DNA from: a virus
Lineage: Duplodnaviria > Caudoviricetes
Virus record (IMG/VR): IMGVR_UViG_3300032274_000025
Coordinates: 1 to 36,585 of that record
DNA length: 36,585 bases
Strand: one strand, 5' to 3'
The translations under genes and the position numbers were made by a program. This document shows positions 35,744-36,585 of the stretch, piece after piece. Positions within the stretch are counted from its first letter, which is position 1. The number at the start of each line of letters is the position of its first letter. Under the pieces are notes generated by a model. That model did not search any database. It was given only the letters and a program-made list of their open reading frames with translations, and was not told where the DNA came from.

Positions 35744-35772
35744 AACATATCGAGTGTTGAAAAGTAATGCAA
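35744..35772 (-). promoter_or_regulatory. Leftward sigma70-like promoter
   Basis: TTGCAT-N17-TATGTT on the minus strand. Confidence 0.7.
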
Positions 35773-35782
35773 GGCACTTGCA
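35768..35782. promoter_or_regulatory. Candidate operator palindrome over both -35 boxes
   Basis: TGCAAG-GCA-CTTGCA. Confidence 0.5.
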
Positions 35783-35806
35783 AACAAATATCGCTGGTGA
35801 TAGAAC
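35778..35806 (+). promoter_or_regulatory. Rightward sigma70-like promoter
   Basis: TTGCAA-N17-TAGAAC with TGn extension. Confidence 0.65.
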
Positions 35807-35825
35807 CGTTGTCACTGGAGGGCAG

Positions 35826-35984
35826 ATGTCCGAGACGAAGCATGTAGGTGTGGCGATGAGCGCTGACCTGAAAGAGAAGGCAGACACGATGGCCAAGGAC
35901 GACGGTGGGCGGTCTCTGTCCTCGCTCATCCGCAAGCTGCTTGAAGAGGCGTGGGCCAAGCGGGAAGAGGAGGCGAGCGCATGA
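35826..35984 (+). CDS. Ribbon-helix-helix (Arc/CopG-like) regulator
   Basis: KHVGVAMSADLKEKADTMA..GRSLSSLIRKLLEEA; GGAGG RBS. Confidence 0.85.
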   Translation: MSETKHVGVAMSADLKEKADTMAKDDGGRSLSSLIRKLLEEAWAKREEEASA

Positions 35985-36259
35985 CTTATCCAGCGTTGAA
36001 CGCTCACCTGAAGCCGGCCTCTACCTACACTGTGCAGCGCGCGAAGTTGCCGCGAGCACCGAATTGTGAGGCATGTGGGGTGGCCGGGATGGTGGCATCA
36101 CCGGACCTTCCTCGCGGTAGGTGGAATGTGGTGTGGCACCACCACGACTACGCCAAACCTCTGGACGTCATTCCCCTGTGTTGCTCATGCCACTACATGG
36201 TTCACGCCGGGCGGATCGACGAGCCACGCACAGGGCGTAGGTACGGGGGCGCACAATGA
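35981..36259 (+). CDS. HNH-like zinc-binding protein
   Basis: CEACG...HHHDYAKPLDVIPLCCSCH..VH. Confidence 0.75.
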   Translation: MTYPALNAHLKPASTYTVQRAKLPRAPNCEACGVAGMVASPDLPRGRWNVVWHHHDYAKPLDVIPLCCSCHYMVHAGRIDEPRTGRRYGGAQ

Positions 36260-36585
36260 CCCCCGACGAACGCGCACGCCTCGCCGTGCTGGCTGATGAG
36301 GTGAAGCACCTGTCGTGGGATGCGTGCGTCGAGTACGGATGCGGTGCGCAGGGCTGCGACGAAGGGGGCGACGTGGAGGCGCGCCTCTACTACGACGACC
36401 TGCCCGACGACATCCGCGCGTTGGTTGAGGCTGTGCCGGCGTTGTTGGCGGAGGTCGAGCGACGGCGAATGGAGGCGGTAGCGTTCGCCGAGGCTGGCTG
36501 GGAAGAGGCGCAGAACGACTATGCGCCAAGTTCTTCCGATGGCTTCGCTGACACCCATACCCATCGGATGCTGACCGCGGCCGGG
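36256..36585 (+). CDS. Ead/Ea22-like protein spanning the circular junction (continues at 128-148; 116 aa)
   Basis: MTPDERARL...GCGAQGCD...VPALLAEVERRR...AASE*; ATGA overlaps with both the HNH and MTase genes. Confidence 0.75.
   Translation, partial: MTPDERARLAVLADEVKHLSWDACVEYGCGAQGCDEGGDVEARLYYDDLPDDIRALVEAVPALLAEVERRRMEAVAFAEAGWEEAQNDYAPSSSDGFADTHTHRMLTAAG
36459..36585. repeat. Terminal direct repeat, copy 2
   Basis: Exact copy of 1-127. Confidence 0.97.

Noticed and set aside
35981-36259. HNH gene as a mobile homing endonuclease or intron
   Set aside because: Short, translationally coupled on both sides, and it interrupts no gene

Overview
This window looks like a complete, circularised, GC-rich tailed-phage genome of 36,458 bp with a siphovirus-like gene set. 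Bases 1-127 repeat exactly at 36459-36585 and an ORF reads through the join. Back-to-back sigma70-like promoters at about 35744-35806 drive two operons. The leftward one holds many small proteins, an Imm5-like Ala-repeat protein, a RecT-like annealase, a DEDD exonuclease and HTH proteins. The rightward one holds an RHH regulator, an HNH-like protein, an N-MTase, RusA, a PAPS-reductase-family protein, a C5-MTase and a VapE/VirE ATPase. Next come the terminase, an accessory cluster that includes a sulfotransferase-like gene, a portal-MuF plus protease cassette inverted relative to the capsid gene, HK97-type head and tail genes, and a lysis module. I found no integrase, CI-type repressor, DNA polymerase, primase, tRNA or CRISPR array. 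The most notable observations are: (1) two intergenic elements sharing a three-hairpin fold with co-varying kissing loops, each just before a Shine-Dalgarno sequence; (2) a C5-MTase whose motif IX is encoded in a nested +1 frame; (3) a sulfotransferase together with a PAPS-reductase-family protein; (4) the inverted head cassette; (5) a +1 TTT-CGC tail-chaperone frameshift; (6) a very acidic protein coupled to a small HTH gene. All calls come from motif reading by eye; no searches or folding programs were run.
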